Source of the DNA: Escherichia coli
GTDB taxonomy: Bacteria; Pseudomonadota; Gammaproteobacteria; Enterobacterales; Enterobacteriaceae
Direction: 5' to 3' (one strand)
Assembly: GCF_050320075.1 (NCBI RefSeq)
Contig: NZ_CP190019.1
Length of the DNA: 64,000 bases
The stretch's first letter is position 1. Every line of letters begins with the position of its first letter. The position numbers and the translations under genes were made by a program. The notes below the pieces were generated by a model. That model searched no databases. It had not been told where the DNA came from and was given only the letters and a program-made list of their open reading frames with translations. Positions 23,376 to 34,219 of the stretch are shown piece by piece.

Positions 23376-26300
23376 ATGATAATCATATGCCAGCACCCAT
23401 CCAGGAGTCATGCATCCATAACAATGCGGGACCGGAGCGTGCTGGCTTTTTTGCGGAACGATCCGGCCAGTGGATCGTATTTTACAGACGGAGGAGGCTT
23501 AATGCCTGCGAATCACACTCCCACACCGGCTCAGTCATGGATAGTTCGCCTAGCGCGCGTGTGCTGGGAACGTAAGAAACTTAGTGTCATCGTGGTGGTA
23601 GCGTCAGTATCGACTATTTTGCTGGCTGCGCTGACGCCACTGCTGACAAGACAGGCTGTGAATGACGCACTGGCGGGCAATCCGGCCCGCCTGCCGTGGC
23701 TGGCCTGCGGGTTACTGTTGATCGCTTTTTTTGATTTCATCGGTAACTATGTGCGCCGTGGTTATGCCGGGATGCTCTCACTCTGGGTGCAGCATACCCT
23801 CAGAGGACGGGTATTCGACAGTATTCAGAAACTTGACGGCGCAGGCCAGGATGCGCTGCGCACCGGGCAGGTGATTTCACGGACCAACAGCGATCTGCAG
23901 CAGGTGCATACCCTGCTGCAGATGTGCCCGGTGCCGCTGGCAGTGTTCACTTATTACATTGCCGGCATTGCCGTGATGCTGTGGATGTCCCCTGCCATGA
24001 CGCTTATCGTCGTGTGCGTACTGGTATGCCTGGCGATCACCGCGCTTCGTGCGCGTCGTAGGGTCTTCGCGCAAACCGGGCTGGCCTCGGACCAACTGGC
24101 GAATCTCACCGAACATATACGCGAGGTGCTGGCACAGATCTCAGTGGTAAAATCCTGTGTGGCAGAGATGCGTGAAACGCACTGGCTCGATAGGCAGTCG
24201 CGGCAGATTGTGCGTGTACGCATCGGTGCGGTTATCTCGCAGGCGATGCCTGGGGCCACCATGCTGGCGCTACCGGTGCTCGGGCAAATCGTCCTGCTGT
24301 GCTACGGCGGGTGGTCGGTCATGCACGGGCGGATCGATCTCGGTACCTTCGTTGCATTCGCCAGCTTCCTCGCGATGCTGACCGGGCCAACCCGCGTACT
24401 GGCATCGTTTCTGGTTATCGCACAGCGCACTCAGGCGTCCGTGGAGCGGGTGTTTGCACTGATCGACACCCGTTCACAGATGGAGGACGGGACGGAGTCG
24501 ATTAACAGTCAGGTTGTCGGACTGGAACTGGAGAATATGAGCTTTGACTACCACCATGGCGACAGACATATCCTCAGCAATATCTCCTTTTCCCTGCGCG
24601 CCGGTGAAACCGTGGCGGTGGTGGGCGCATCGGGTTCAGGAAAATCGACCCTGTTGATGCTGCTGGCGCGTTTTTATGATCCCTGCTCCGGAAAGATATG
24701 GCTCAACACCAGCGAAGGCCGACAAAATCTTCGCGATATCAGACTGGAGGCGCTTCGTCGCCGGGTAGGCATCGTATTTGAAGATGCTTTTCTGTTTGCC
24801 GGTACGGTGGCGGAAAATATCGCCTATGGCCACCCTCAGGCAACGGCGGACGACATTCGCCGTGCGGCAGCTGCTGCAGGAGCCAGCGATTTTATCAACG
24901 CCCTGCCGAAAGGCTTCGATAGCCTGTTAACCGAACGGGGTACGAATCTTTCCGGCGGGCAGAGGCAGCGAATAGCGCTGGCGCGGGCGCTCATTACTGC
25001 ACCGGACGTGTTAATCCTGGATGATACCACCTCAGCGGTTGATGCTGTTACGGAAGCGGAGATTAATACCGCGCTGGGTCGCTATGCTGACGAAGGGCAT
25101 ATGCTGCTGGTGATTGCCCGACGGCGTTCAACACTTCAGCTAGCCAGCCGGGTTGTGGTGCTGGATAAGGGCCGTATGGTGGATACCGGAACCCCGGCAG
25201 AACTTGAAGCGCGCTGTCCGGCGTTCCGCGCACTGATGACCGGCGACAGCGATTTTCTGGCCACGTCCCACAATAGCCACAACGAATTGTGGCCGGCTGA
25301 ACCAGCGACACAAGACGATGTAACGGATACGGGGGATAAAGGTTTTGTCGCCCGTATGACCCGCGTACCGGAAAATGCAGTACAGCAGGCGCTGGCCGGT
25401 AAAGGTCGCAAAGTCACGTCACTACTGAAGCCTGTGGCGTGGATGTTCGTCATCGCCGCTCTGCTGATCGCACTCGATTCTGCGGCAGGCGTAGGGGTAC
25501 TGATACTGTTGCAGCACGGCATTGACTCCGGTGTCGCCACAGGCGATATGTCGATCATCGGCCTCTGTGCCCTGCTCGCCCTGTGCCTAGTCATTGTGGG
25601 CTGGTGCAGTTATTCTCTGCAGACGGTCTTCGCCGCCAGAGCGGCGGAATCAGTTCAGCATTCGGTGCGCTTGCGCAGCTTCGGCCATATGCTGCGTCTT
25701 GGACTCCCCTGGCATGAAAAGCATGCCGATTCGCGTCTTACCCGCATGACCGTTGATGTGGACTCTCTCGCCCGCTTTCTGCAAAACGGCCTTGCCGGTG
25801 CGGCCACCAGTCTGGTGACGATGTTCGCAATCGCCGCCACCATGTTCTGGCTCGACCCGTTCCTGGCGCTGACGGCATTAAGCGCAGTGCCAGTGGCCGC
25901 ACTGGCAACCATGATTTATCGCCGCCTCAGTACCCCTGCTTATGCACAGGCACGGCTGGAAATAGGCAAAGTCAACAGCACCCTGCAGGAAAAAGTCTCT
26001 GGCCTGCGTGTCGTGCAATCGCATGGTCAGCAGGAACTGGAGGGCGCCCGGCTGCGCGCGTTATCGGAGCGTTTCCGCGCAACCCGTGTGCGAGCACAAA
26101 AATACCTTGCAGTCTATTTTCCGTTCCTGACATTCTGCACCGAGGCCTCCTATGCCGCTGTTCTGTTAGTGGGAGCTTCGCAGGTCGCCGCTGGAGAAAT
26201 GACTGCCGGGGTACTGGCGGCTTTCTTCCTGTTGCTGGGGCAATTCTATGGGCCAGTGCAGCAGTTATCAGGGATTGTCGACGCCTGGCAGCAGGCGACA

Positions 26301-27161
26301 GCCAGCGGCAAACATATTGATGAACTACTGGCGACAGAAGGCACTGAGCACCTCGGGTCCTCTTCGGTCCTCCCTGTCACCGGTGCACTGCATCTTGATG
26401 AGGTCACGTTCAGTTATCCCGACAGTCACGAGCCAGCTCTGAACAAACTTACCCTGACGATCCCAGAGGGAATGGTTGTCGCGGTCGTCGGTCGCAGCGG
26501 TGCGGGTAAGTCGACGCTGATTAAGCTGATTGCCGGGTTGTATTTCCCCACGCACGGCAACATCAGAATCGGTGTGCAAATGCTCGATGATGCCTCGCTC
26601 ACTGAGTATCGTCGCCAGATTGGGCTTGTCGATCAGGATGTAGCACTGTTTAGTAGTGATATTGCAGAAAACATTCGTTATTCACGGCCATCCGCCACCA
26701 ATGAAGACGTTGAAATTGCCTCACAGCGGGCAGGGCTGTATGAGATGGTGTGCAATCTGCCGCAGGGATTCCGGACACCGGTGAATAACGGCGGAGCCGA
26801 TCTGCCCGCAGGTCAGCGCCAGTTGATTGCGCTGGCCCGCGCGCAACTGGCGAATGCCCACATCCTGCTGCTCGACGAAGCCACGTCATGTCTGGATCGC
26901 ACATCCGAAGAACGACTGATGTCATCGTTAACAGATGTCGTGCATGCCGGGAAGCACTCGGCGCTGATTGTTGCACATCGTCTGACCACCGCGCAACGCT
27001 GCGATCTGATTGCCGTTATTGATAAGGGGTTACTTGCGGAATACGGAACCCACGAACAGCTGTTATCTGCGGGCGGCCTCTATACCCGCTTATGGCATGA
27101 CAGCGTCAGCAGTACTGCGCTCCATCGCCAGCACAACATGAAGGAGGAAACCCCGGGATAG
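23376..27161 (+). CDS. iroC: IroC, ABC exporter (fused TMD-NBD x2); true start probably at Met 23502
   Basis: Two Walker A boxes (GASGSGKST, GRSGAGKST) and two ABC signatures (LSGGQRQR, LPAGQRQ). Confidence 0.9.
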   Translation: MIIICQHPSRSHASITMRDRSVLAFLRNDPASGSYFTDGGGLMPANHTPTPAQSWIVRLARVCWERKKLSVIVVVASVSTILLAALTPLLTRQAVNDALAGNPARLPWLACGLLLIAFFDFIGNYVRRGYAGMLSLWVQHTLRGRVFDSIQKLDGAGQDALRTGQVISRTNSDLQQVHTLLQMCPVPLAVFTYYIAGIAVMLWMSPAMTLIVVCVLVCLAITALRARRRVFAQTGLASDQLANLTEHIREVLAQISVVKSCVAEMRETHWLDRQSRQIVRVRIGAVISQAMPGATMLALPVLGQIVLLCYGGWSVMHGRIDLGTFVAFASFLAMLTGPTRVLASFLVIAQRTQASVERVFALIDTRSQMEDGTESINSQVVGLELENMSFDYHHGDRHILSNISFSLRAGETVAVVGASGSGKSTLLMLLARFYDPCSGKIWLNTSEGRQNLRDIRLEALRRRVGIVFEDAFLFAGTVAENIAYGHPQATADDIRRAAAAAGASDFINALPKGFDSLLTERGTNLSGGQRQRIALARALITAPDVLILDDTTSAVDAVTEAEINTALGRYADEGHMLLVIARRRSTLQLASRVVVLDKGRMVDTGTPAELEARCPAFRALMTGDSDFLATSHNSHNELWPAEPATQDDVTDTGDKGFVARMTRVPENAVQQALAGKGRKVTSLLKPVAWMFVIAALLIALDSAAGVGVLILLQHGIDSGVATGDMSIIGLCALLALCLVIVGWCSYSLQTVFAARAAESVQHSVRLRSFGHMLRLGLPWHEKHADSRLTRMTVDVDSLARFLQNGLAGAATSLVTMFAIAATMFWLDPFLALTALSAVPVAALATMIYRRLSTPAYAQARLEIGKVNSTLQEKVSGLRVVQSHGQQELEGARLRALSERFRATRVRAQKYLAVYFPFLTFCTEASYAAVLLVGASQVAAGEMTAGVLAAFFLLLGQFYGPVQQLSGIVDAWQQATASGKHIDELLATEGTEHLGSSSVLPVTGALHLDEVTFSYPDSHEPALNKLTLTIPEGMVVAVVGRSGAGKSTLIKLIAGLYFPTHGNIRIGVQMLDDASLTEYRRQIGLVDQDVALFSSDIAENIRYSRPSATNEDVEIASQRAGLYEMVCNLPQGFRTPVNNGGADLPAGQRQLIALARAQLANAHILLLDEATSCLDRTSEERLMSSLTDVVHAGKHSALIVAHRLTTAQRCDLIAVIDKGLLAEYGTHEQLLSAGGLYTRLWHDSVSSTALHRQHNMKEETPG

Positions 27162-27264
27162 TTACTGGACACGTAATGTATTAAAAACACAGTCAGAAGC
27201 GGCGGTACCGTGAATAGCCGCTTTAATTATTTATACTGACATCCTTAATTTTTAAAGAGTATGA

Positions 27265-28494
27265 ATGCTGAACATGCAACAACATCCCTCTGCTATCGCC
27301 AGCCTGCGCAACCAACTGGCAGCGGGCCACATTGCTAACCTTACTGACTTCTGGCGCGAAGCTGAGTCGCTGAATGTTCCTCTTGTGACGCCAGTCGAAG
27401 GAGCGGAAGATGAGCGAGAAGTGACCTTTCTGTGGCGCGCCCGACATCCTCTGCAGGGCGTTTATCTGCGTCTGAACCGGGTGACGGATAAAGAGCACGT
27501 AGAAAAAGGAATGATGAGCGCCCTTCCCGAAACGGATATCTGGACACTGACACTGCGTTTACCCGCAAGTTACTGCGGCTCCTATTCGCTGCTGGAAATC
27601 CCCCCCGGCACTACGGCTGAGACGATTGCACTGTCCGGAGGCCGTTTTGCCACCCTTGCCGGAAAGGCCGATCCGCTAAACAAAATGCCGGAGATCAACG
27701 TTCGGGGAAACGCAAAGGAATCAGTGCTGACACTTGATAAAGCTCCCGCCCTGTCGGAATGGAACGGCGGCTTCCACACCGGACAACTGCTTACCTCCAT
27801 GCGCATTATCGCCGGGAAATCTCGCCAGGTTCGGCTCTATATTCCGGATGTTGATATTTCTCAGCCCCTCGGGCTGGTCGTGCTGCCCGATGGTGAAACC
27901 TGGTTTGATCACCTTGGCGTATGCGCGGCAATTGACGCCGCCATAAATAATGGGCGCATCGTGCCCGTGGCTGTACTGGGCATTGACAACATTAATGAAC
28001 ATGAACGCACTGAGATACTCGGCGGGCGCAGCAAACTGATAAAGGATATCGCCGGACATCTGCTGCCGATGATTCGCGCTGAACAACCGCAGCGTCAGTG
28101 GGCAGACCGTTCGCGCACAGTGCTGGCCGGGCAGAGCCTCGGCGGGATCAGTGCGCTAATGGGGGCTCGTTACGCACCGGAAACGTTCGGTCTGGTGCTC
28201 AGCCACTCTCCTTCAATGTGGTGGACGCCAGAAAGAACCAGTCGACCAGGCTTGTTCAGCGAAACCGATACCTCATGGGTGAGTGAGCATCTGCTTTCTG
28301 CCCCACCGCAGGGCGTACGTATCAGCCTGTGCGTGGGATCGCTGGAAGGTTCGACAGTGCCTCACGTTCAGCAGCTTCACCAGCGGCTGATTACCGCTGG
28401 CGTCGAAAGCCATTGCGCAATCTACACCGGTGGTCACGATTACGCATGGTGGCGCGGTGCACTGATTGACGGGATTGGTTTACTACAGGGTTGA
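27265..28494 (+). CDS. iroD: IroD, salmochelin esterase
   Basis: 409-aa esterase with GQSLGG serine motif; iro synteny. Confidence 0.9.
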   Translation: MLNMQQHPSAIASLRNQLAAGHIANLTDFWREAESLNVPLVTPVEGAEDEREVTFLWRARHPLQGVYLRLNRVTDKEHVEKGMMSALPETDIWTLTLRLPASYCGSYSLLEIPPGTTAETIALSGGRFATLAGKADPLNKMPEINVRGNAKESVLTLDKAPALSEWNGGFHTGQLLTSMRIIAGKSRQVRLYIPDVDISQPLGLVVLPDGETWFDHLGVCAAIDAAINNGRIVPVAVLGIDNINEHERTEILGGRSKLIKDIAGHLLPMIRAEQPQRQWADRSRTVLAGQSLGGISALMGARYAPETFGLVLSHSPSMWWTPERTSRPGLFSETDTSWVSEHLLSAPPQGVRISLCVGSLEGSTVPHVQQLHQRLITAGVESHCAIYTGGHDYAWWRGALIDGIGLLQG

Positions 28495-28578
28495 GTTGAC
28501 CCACAAACACTTTCAGGAAACGGTACAGACTTCCTGAATAAATCAAATAGTCACCTGCGGAAAAGGAATAATCATCAG

Positions 28579-29535
28579 ATGTATGCCCGCGAGTATCGCT
28601 CAACACGCCCGCATAAAGCGATTTTCTTTCATCTTTCTTGCCTCACCCTTATCTGTAGTGCGCAAGTTTATGCGAAGCCGGATATGCGGCCACTGGGGCC
28701 GAATATAGCCGATAAAGGCTCCGTGTTTTACCATTTCAGCGTCACCTCTTTCGACTCTGTCGATGGCACACGCCATTATCGGGTATGGACGGCCGTGCCG
28801 AATACAACCGCACCGGCATCGGGTTACCCGATTTTATATATGCTTGACGGTAACGCAGTTATGGATCGCCTGGATGACGAACTGCTCAAACAATTGTCAG
28901 AAAAAACACCGCCAGTGATCGTGGCTGTCGGGTATCAGACCAACCTCCCTTTCGATCTCAACAGCAGGGCTTACGACTATACGCCAGCAGCAAAAAGCAG
29001 AAAAACAGATCTCCACTCAGGGCATTTTAGCCGTAAGAGTGGTGGCAGCAACAACTTCCGCCAGTTACTGGAAACGCGTATTGCCCCAAAAGTGGAACAG
29101 GGACTGAATATCGATCGGCAACGCCGCGGCTTATGGGGGCACTCCTACGGCGGCCTCTTCGTGCTGGATTCCTGGCTGTCCTCCTCTTACTTCCGGTCGT
29201 ACTACAGCGCCAGCCCGTCGTTGGGCAGAGGTTATGATGCTTTGCTAAGCCGCGTTACGGCGGTTGAGCCTCTGCAATTCTGCGCCAAACACCTGGCGAT
29301 AATGGAAGGCTCGGCGACACAGGGTGATAACCGGGAAACGCATGCTGTCGGGGTGCTGTCGAAAATTCATACCACCCTCACTATACTGAAAGATAAAGGC
29401 GTCAATGCCGTATTTTGGGATTTCCCCAACCTAGGACACGGGCCGATGTTCAATGCCTCCTTTCGCCAGGCACTGTTAGATATCAGTGGTGAAAACGCAA
29501 ATTACACAGCAGGTTGTCATGAGTTAAGCCACTAA
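28579..29535 (+). CDS. iroE: IroE, periplasmic salmochelin hydrolase
   Basis: 318-aa ORF with signal sequence and GHSYGG motif; iro synteny. Confidence 0.85.
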   Translation: MYAREYRSTRPHKAIFFHLSCLTLICSAQVYAKPDMRPLGPNIADKGSVFYHFSVTSFDSVDGTRHYRVWTAVPNTTAPASGYPILYMLDGNAVMDRLDDELLKQLSEKTPPVIVAVGYQTNLPFDLNSRAYDYTPAAKSRKTDLHSGHFSRKSGGSNNFRQLLETRIAPKVEQGLNIDRQRRGLWGHSYGGLFVLDSWLSSSYFRSYYSASPSLGRGYDALLSRVTAVEPLQFCAKHLAIMEGSATQGDNRETHAVGVLSKIHTTLTILKDKGVNAVFWDFPNLGHGPMFNASFRQALLDISGENANYTAGCHELSH

Positions 29536-29579
29536 ACACTGCCCGCTTTTACGCGGGCAGTACGCCTGAAACACTACGA

Positions 29580-31757
29580 TCAGAATGATGCGGTAACTCC
29601 GGCATAGTAAGCCCGGCCTGGCTCGTTATAGGTATTCGCCCCTTCAGAAGATCGGAAGATCTGTTTATTGAGGATATTACTGACGCCGACATTAAGACGC
29701 AGATTTTTATTAATATCGTAATTGAAGTTCGTCCCCACCAGTGAATAAGCGCCCAGCTCTTTACCTGACAGACCGCCAGTATCTTCACTGCGGGTTTCCG
29801 CATGAGTACGCGGTTTTTGTCTGCCATATAACGTCCAGTTGACGCTGGCAGAAAACGCCTGGGTGATGGTCCAGTTAAGCGAGTTATTGATAGTATATTT
29901 CGGGATGACCGACAGAGGATTACCGGTGTCTTTTTGCTCCGAAGTGATCATCCATGTGGCATTGGTATTCCAGTTCAGACGATCTTTCACCAGTGGGAAA
30001 GACATACTGGCTTCGATACCGTCCACCAGAGCTTTCCCGCCATTCTGCCACTTGAGGATATATGCGCCTGAAGCGGTTTGCCCGATAACGTTATCCCCGG
30101 CCACGATCTTATTCTGGTAATCATTGCGGAAGTAGGTCACACTTGCGTGGTAATCTTCCCAGGTGAACTCCAGCCCAATTTCTTTATTGACGCTGATTTC
30201 CGGATCGAGATCTTTATTACCGATCAGGTAGCACCCGCCTGATGTAATATCTTTTGGACAGCCATTGCCTTTCGAGTAGAGCAGATAGCCTTCACTGGAT
30301 TGATACAGGTTTGGGGCTTTAAAGGTTCGGGCAACCCCTGCTTTGACTTTGAAATAATCGCCCAATTCCTGCGAAAGATTCAGACTGGGGCTGAAGTTCC
30401 CGCCGGAGTCGCTGAGATAATCAAAGCGCAGGCCGGGAATGATATTCGTGCCAGGAACCGGCTCAATGTTATCTTCAATATACAGCGCACTGATTTGAGA
30501 ATGATTTTTACTGCTGCGATCCGCAGCAGAGCCAGAAATACCGCTGATATCACTGTCATTCACCGTCAGGCTGGTAGAGGAAGGATCATCGAGCTTATCG
30601 CGGTTCCACTCTGCACCAACGGTCAGCGTTTGATCAACCATCACATTCAAAGGAATATTAAGCTCGCCGCTGGTTCGCCAGGAACTCAGGCGATTGGTCG
30701 TAAACTTTTCACCCGCTAAAATACGCCCTTCACCACCGCCGGATAATCCTTCATTCATGCGGGTATTATTGGTTTTCTCGTAATAAACACCAAAGCGACT
30801 TTGTCCCCAGTCCCAGATACCATTATGCGTAATGCCATAATTCTGTCGGTACAGGCGGTTCGTCTCTTTGCCGGATTTTGCCAGGCTTTCGGTAACTGCA
30901 CTGGAAGAACTGTTTTGCGTATCGCCCGCATAGATATTCCCCTGGCGGCTATATCCGGCTTCGAAATCGAGAATCTGCTGCGGATTTAATTTCCACGAGA
31001 CAACGCCGTTAATATCTTTGTTACGTACCCCTTCATGCCCGGCTGCGTTTTTCGTACCGACCGGAGAATTAATATCCCAACTGTCAGCATCCGTTTTATT
31101 CAGGTTACCATACAAACGCGTGGTAAGAGCATTACCAGCCAGAGGCCCACTAAGGCTGAAATTGGCGCGACGCGTAGCGCCCTCATCGCTACTTTCCGGC
31201 TGATTGGTGTATAACGACAGCGAACCGTGCCAGTCGTTGGTGGGACGTTTGGTAATGATGTTCACCACCCCCCCGGCTGCCCCCGAACCGTAGCGCGCCG
31301 CCGCAGGGCCGCGGATCACTTCAATACGCTCAACCTGTTCCGGTGGCACCCAGTTGGTGTCACCGCGGGTATCACGCTCTCCACGCCAGCTATAACGCAC
31401 GGAGTTACGTGACGTCACCGGTACACCATCAATTAAAATTAAGGTGTTTTCCGGCCCCATACCACGAATATCGATCTGGCGGTTGTTACCGCGTGTGCCC
31501 GAGGCGCTATTGCCGGTAAGATTGACGCCAGGCATTTTACGAATAATATCTGAAAGGTCGTTTACCGGAGGGGTCTTTTTAATATCCTCGCTGGTAATAA
31601 CCGACACGCCCGGCTGCTGTTTTAATACCTGCTCAGCGGTGGCTTCCACCACCAGAGTCTCGTCATTATCATCGTCGGAGGATTTGGCTACTGATACCTG
31701 GCTATTCAACCCAACCAGGAGCACAGTTAGCGACCAGAGGATTTTGTTAATTCTCAT
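29580..31757 (-). CDS. iroN: IroN, TonB-dependent salmochelin receptor
   Basis: 725-aa ORF with signal peptide, TonB-box region and C-terminal aromatic residue (…AGVTASF). Confidence 0.9.
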   Translation of the reverse strand: MRINKILWSLTVLLVGLNSQVSVAKSSDDDNDETLVVEATAEQVLKQQPGVSVITSEDIKKTPPVNDLSDIIRKMPGVNLTGNSASGTRGNNRQIDIRGMGPENTLILIDGVPVTSRNSVRYSWRGERDTRGDTNWVPPEQVERIEVIRGPAAARYGSGAAGGVVNIITKRPTNDWHGSLSLYTNQPESSDEGATRRANFSLSGPLAGNALTTRLYGNLNKTDADSWDINSPVGTKNAAGHEGVRNKDINGVVSWKLNPQQILDFEAGYSRQGNIYAGDTQNSSSSAVTESLAKSGKETNRLYRQNYGITHNGIWDWGQSRFGVYYEKTNNTRMNEGLSGGGEGRILAGEKFTTNRLSSWRTSGELNIPLNVMVDQTLTVGAEWNRDKLDDPSSTSLTVNDSDISGISGSAADRSSKNHSQISALYIEDNIEPVPGTNIIPGLRFDYLSDSGGNFSPSLNLSQELGDYFKVKAGVARTFKAPNLYQSSEGYLLYSKGNGCPKDITSGGCYLIGNKDLDPEISVNKEIGLEFTWEDYHASVTYFRNDYQNKIVAGDNVIGQTASGAYILKWQNGGKALVDGIEASMSFPLVKDRLNWNTNATWMITSEQKDTGNPLSVIPKYTINNSLNWTITQAFSASVNWTLYGRQKPRTHAETRSEDTGGLSGKELGAYSLVGTNFNYDINKNLRLNVGVSNILNKQIFRSSEGANTYNEPGRAYYAGVTASF

Positions 31758-31991
31758 ACCTATTCCCTAATAAATGCCTAACTTAAAATGTTTGATCGTT
31801 AAGCTCACATCCTTGCCAGATATTTTTTACTGCCATTATTGTTTTTATATAAGAATGATAATTAATATCATTTAGCAAAAAAAAAGCAATCCCTCACAAG
31901 ATAAATATATTGATTTTTCATAAATATCAAATTGATGGTGATGCTGCCAACTTACTGATTTAGTGTATGATGGTGTTTTTGAGGTGCTCCA

Positions 31992-32267
31992 GTGGCTTCT
32001 GTTTCTATCAGCTGTCCCTCCTGTTCAGCTACTGACGGAGTGGTGCGTAACGGCAAAAGCACCGCCGGACATCAGCGCTATCTCTGCTCTCACTGCCGTA
32101 AAACATGGCAACTGCAGTTCACTTACACCGCTTCTCAACCCGGTACGCACCAGAAAATCATTGATATGGCCATGAATGGCGTTGGATGCCGGGCAACCGC
32201 CCGCATTATGGGCGTTGGCCTCAACACGATTTTCCGCCATTTAAAAAACTCAGGCCGCAGTCGGTAA
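31992..32267 (+). CDS. insA: IS1 InsA (copy 2)
   Basis: 91-aa ORF. Confidence 0.85.
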   Translation: MASVSISCPSCSATDGVVRNGKSTAGHQRYLCSHCRKTWQLQFTYTASQPGTHQKIIDMAMNGVGCRATARIMGVGLNTIFRHLKNSGRSR

Positions 32268-32689
32268 CCTCGCGCATACAGCCGGGCAGTGACGTCATCG
32301 TCTGCGCGGAAATGGACGAACAGTGGGGATACGTCGGGGCTAAATCGCGCCAGCGCTGGCTGTTTTACGCGTATGACAGGCTCCGGAAGACGGTTGTTGC
32401 GCACGTATTCGGTGAACGCACTATGGCGACGCTGGGGCGTCTTATGAGCCTGCTGTCACCCTTTGACGTGGTGATATGGATGACGGATGGCTGGCCGCTG
32501 TATGAATCCCGCCTGAAGGGAAAGCTGCACGTAATCAGCAAGCGATATACGCAGCGAATTGAGCGGCATAACCTGAATCTGAGGCAGCACCTGGCACGGC
32601 TGGGACGGAAGTCGCTGTCGTTTTCAAAATCGGTGGAGCTGCATGACAAAGTCATCGGGCATTATCTGAACATAAAACACTATCAATAA
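32186..32689 (+). CDS. insB: IS1 InsB frame (copy 2)
   Basis: 167-aa ORF. Confidence 0.8.
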   Translation: MPGNRPHYGRWPQHDFPPFKKLRPQSVTSRIQPGSDVIVCAEMDEQWGYVGAKSRQRWLFYAYDRLRKTVVAHVFGERTMATLGRLMSLLSPFDVVIWMTDGWPLYESRLKGKLHVISKRYTQRIERHNLNLRQHLARLGRKSLSFSKSVELHDKVIGHYLNIKHYQ

Positions 32690-32704
32690 GTTGGAGTCAT
32701 TACC

Positions 32705-32903
32705 AACCGGATGGAGACATTGCAGGATTAGGTTTGTGAGTGGATGCATAGTCATATATTGCACCTCCAGCCACACCCCCAGCAGCTGCTCCAATTCCTC
32801 CTGCAACAAATTGTCCGGATAGTGTTCCTATAGCCATCGCAATATCACGCCCTGAAGCACCACCAGAAACAGAATCTAATTCATTTAGAGTCAGAGTTCT
32901 CAT
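32705..32903 (-). pseudogene. cvaC: Colicin V precursor gene cvaC, 3'-truncated by IS1
   Basis: MRTLTLNELDSVSGGASGRDIAMAIGTLSGQFVAGGIGAAAGGVAGGAIYDYASTHKPNPAMSPSG then reading frame runs into the IS1 end; double-glycine leader intact, about 37 C-terminal residues missing. Confidence 0.85.
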
Positions 32904-33117
32904 ATGATCTCCTTTTTATCTTATCGGATATTGAATAATAATTATCACCAACAAAGTAACATATTGCAGACATTAATATAGAGAAGCAAAATGTATGCAT
33001 GGATAAAAAGTCCTTTCCTCTAAAAACACAATCATATATAGCTAATGCAATATATATTGCGGTGGCATTTATTATAAATGCAAATAACAACTCTAATTTT
33101 GTTCTTTTTCTATCCAT
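32881..33117 (-). CDS. cvi: Colicin V immunity protein Cvi (78 aa)
   Basis: MDRKRTKLELLFAFIINATAIYIALAIYDCVFRGKDFLS… overlaps the cvaC start as in the native operon. Confidence 0.85.
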   Translation of the reverse strand: MDRKRTKLELLFAFIINATAIYIALAIYDCVFRGKDFLSMHTFCFSILMSAICYFVGDNYYSISDKIKRRSYENSDSK

Positions 33118-33163
33118 TACTTTTTATCCCATTACTTTCTATCCCATTACCATACAAACACTA

Positions 33164-33182
33164 ACGATAATGATTATCGTTC
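33164..33182. promoter_or_regulatory. Fur box in cvi-cvaC promoter region
   Basis: Palindrome AACGATAATGATTATCGTT about 50 bp upstream of the cvi start; ColV expression is known to be Fur-regulated. Confidence 0.55.
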
Positions 33183-33580
33183 ACATAGTCAAGAGTGAAG
33201 GGGAGGGGGCCCTCACCCCCTATAAGGGGTCCGCTTGGAAAACGGATTTCCCCACGTCAAGAGAATTGAGTTGAACGAGTGGTTACATCCAAGCCAGCTA
33301 ACTCACTGAACGTAAAGTATGTACGAAATGCTCCTACCGTCCGATAACCATTTGGCTTACTTCCGTACATTCCCTTGCGTAGATGTTCAGAATTGTACGA
33401 TTTCGGACACCAAAACCGCTGTTGTCCCGCCATTCTGGCGATTCCTGAAAGTCATTTGACTAAAAAATAGTCTTAACGTGGTTTATTTTCCGAATTCCAA
33501 GCGGCCCGCCCTACATTTATACAATGTCCGGCAGGGCATAAAAGGGGCGAAAGAAAATACCTGGGCGAAGTCGCTGAACA

Positions 33581-33862
33581 TCATTCTGGCGATTTCAATA
33601 AAGGTACTTGCTCACGCTCTGTCATTTTCTGAAACTCTTCATGCTGCATTTCGATTTTCCTTCTAAGATCATAACTCGCATACCTGTTCTTTTTATGTAT
33701 ATCTATATCTATTTTTGTGACGAGTTCAAACCACAATGTTCGCACTCCCCATGCAGCGTTATGAAACATTTCCGCAACGGCTATAGAGTCTGTATTAACT
33801 GCTTCAGTCATGTAGTCGCTAATACGTTCAGCGGTAATTTTCGTTATTTCATCGTAATTCAT
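33581..33862 (-). CDS. Hypothetical protein (93 aa)
   Basis: ORF only; no recognisable motif. Confidence 0.3.
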   Translation of the reverse strand: MNYDEITKITAERISDYMTEAVNTDSIAVAEMFHNAAWGVRTLWFELVTKIDIDIHKKNRYASYDLRRKIEMQHEEFQKMTEREQVPLLKSPE

Positions 33863-34046
33863 TTTATCTCCTACAAGATTATTTAATGGAATGCAAAATA
33901 TCTGGCCTGATAATAATGTTCCAGAATTAATATCTGCAGGCTATGTTAAGTTGTCCCCACACACAATCTACCTGTTTTCTCGTGTGTGCCACAGGAGCAA
34001 TACATAAATAGTCTGGCCATTAAGTTCGTAACCAGCTGCTGTAGAT

Positions 34047-34202
34047 CTTAGTTTGTTTTCTTTGACATTAGGCTCGGCCCTTATAGCCTTTGGTCTTCCG
34101 GCCACAGTTGTTGGTTTTGTTGGCGTAGTTATTGCAGGTGCTATTGGTGCATTTATCGATGATAAATTTGTTGATGAGTTGAATCACAAGATCATAAAAT
34201 AA
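34047..34202 (+). pseudogene. cba: Colicin B gene remnant (3' end only, pore-forming domain C-terminus)
   Basis: In-frame translation …SLFSLTLGSALIAFGLPATVVGFVGVVIAGAIGAFIDDKFVDELNHKIIK* resembles the C-terminus of pore-forming colicins (A/B type); no start codon; sits where cba should end, just before convergent cbi. Confidence 0.7.
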
Positions 34203-34219
34203 TTAAAAGGAAGGCAGTG

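Larger units (their letters stand above)
31937..32704 (+). mobile_element. IS1 (768 bp), copy 2 (differs from copy 1 by several substitutions)
   Basis: Same termini as copy 1; InsA/InsB differ at a few residues (for example InsA …[20 protein letters not shown] vs …[20 protein letters not shown]). Confidence 0.9.

Noticed and set aside
23387-27000. Numerous 60-150 aa ORFs on both strands inside iroC, iroD, oqxB and other GC-rich genes
   Set aside because: They overlap long, well-supported genes in other frames or antisense; typical spurious ORFs in GC-rich coding DNA
33122-33150. Short tandem repeat ATCCCATTAC x2 upstream of cvi
   Set aside because: Only two copies with no spacer periodicity; not a CRISPR array. 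No CRISPR-like repeat-spacer structure was seen anywhere in the window
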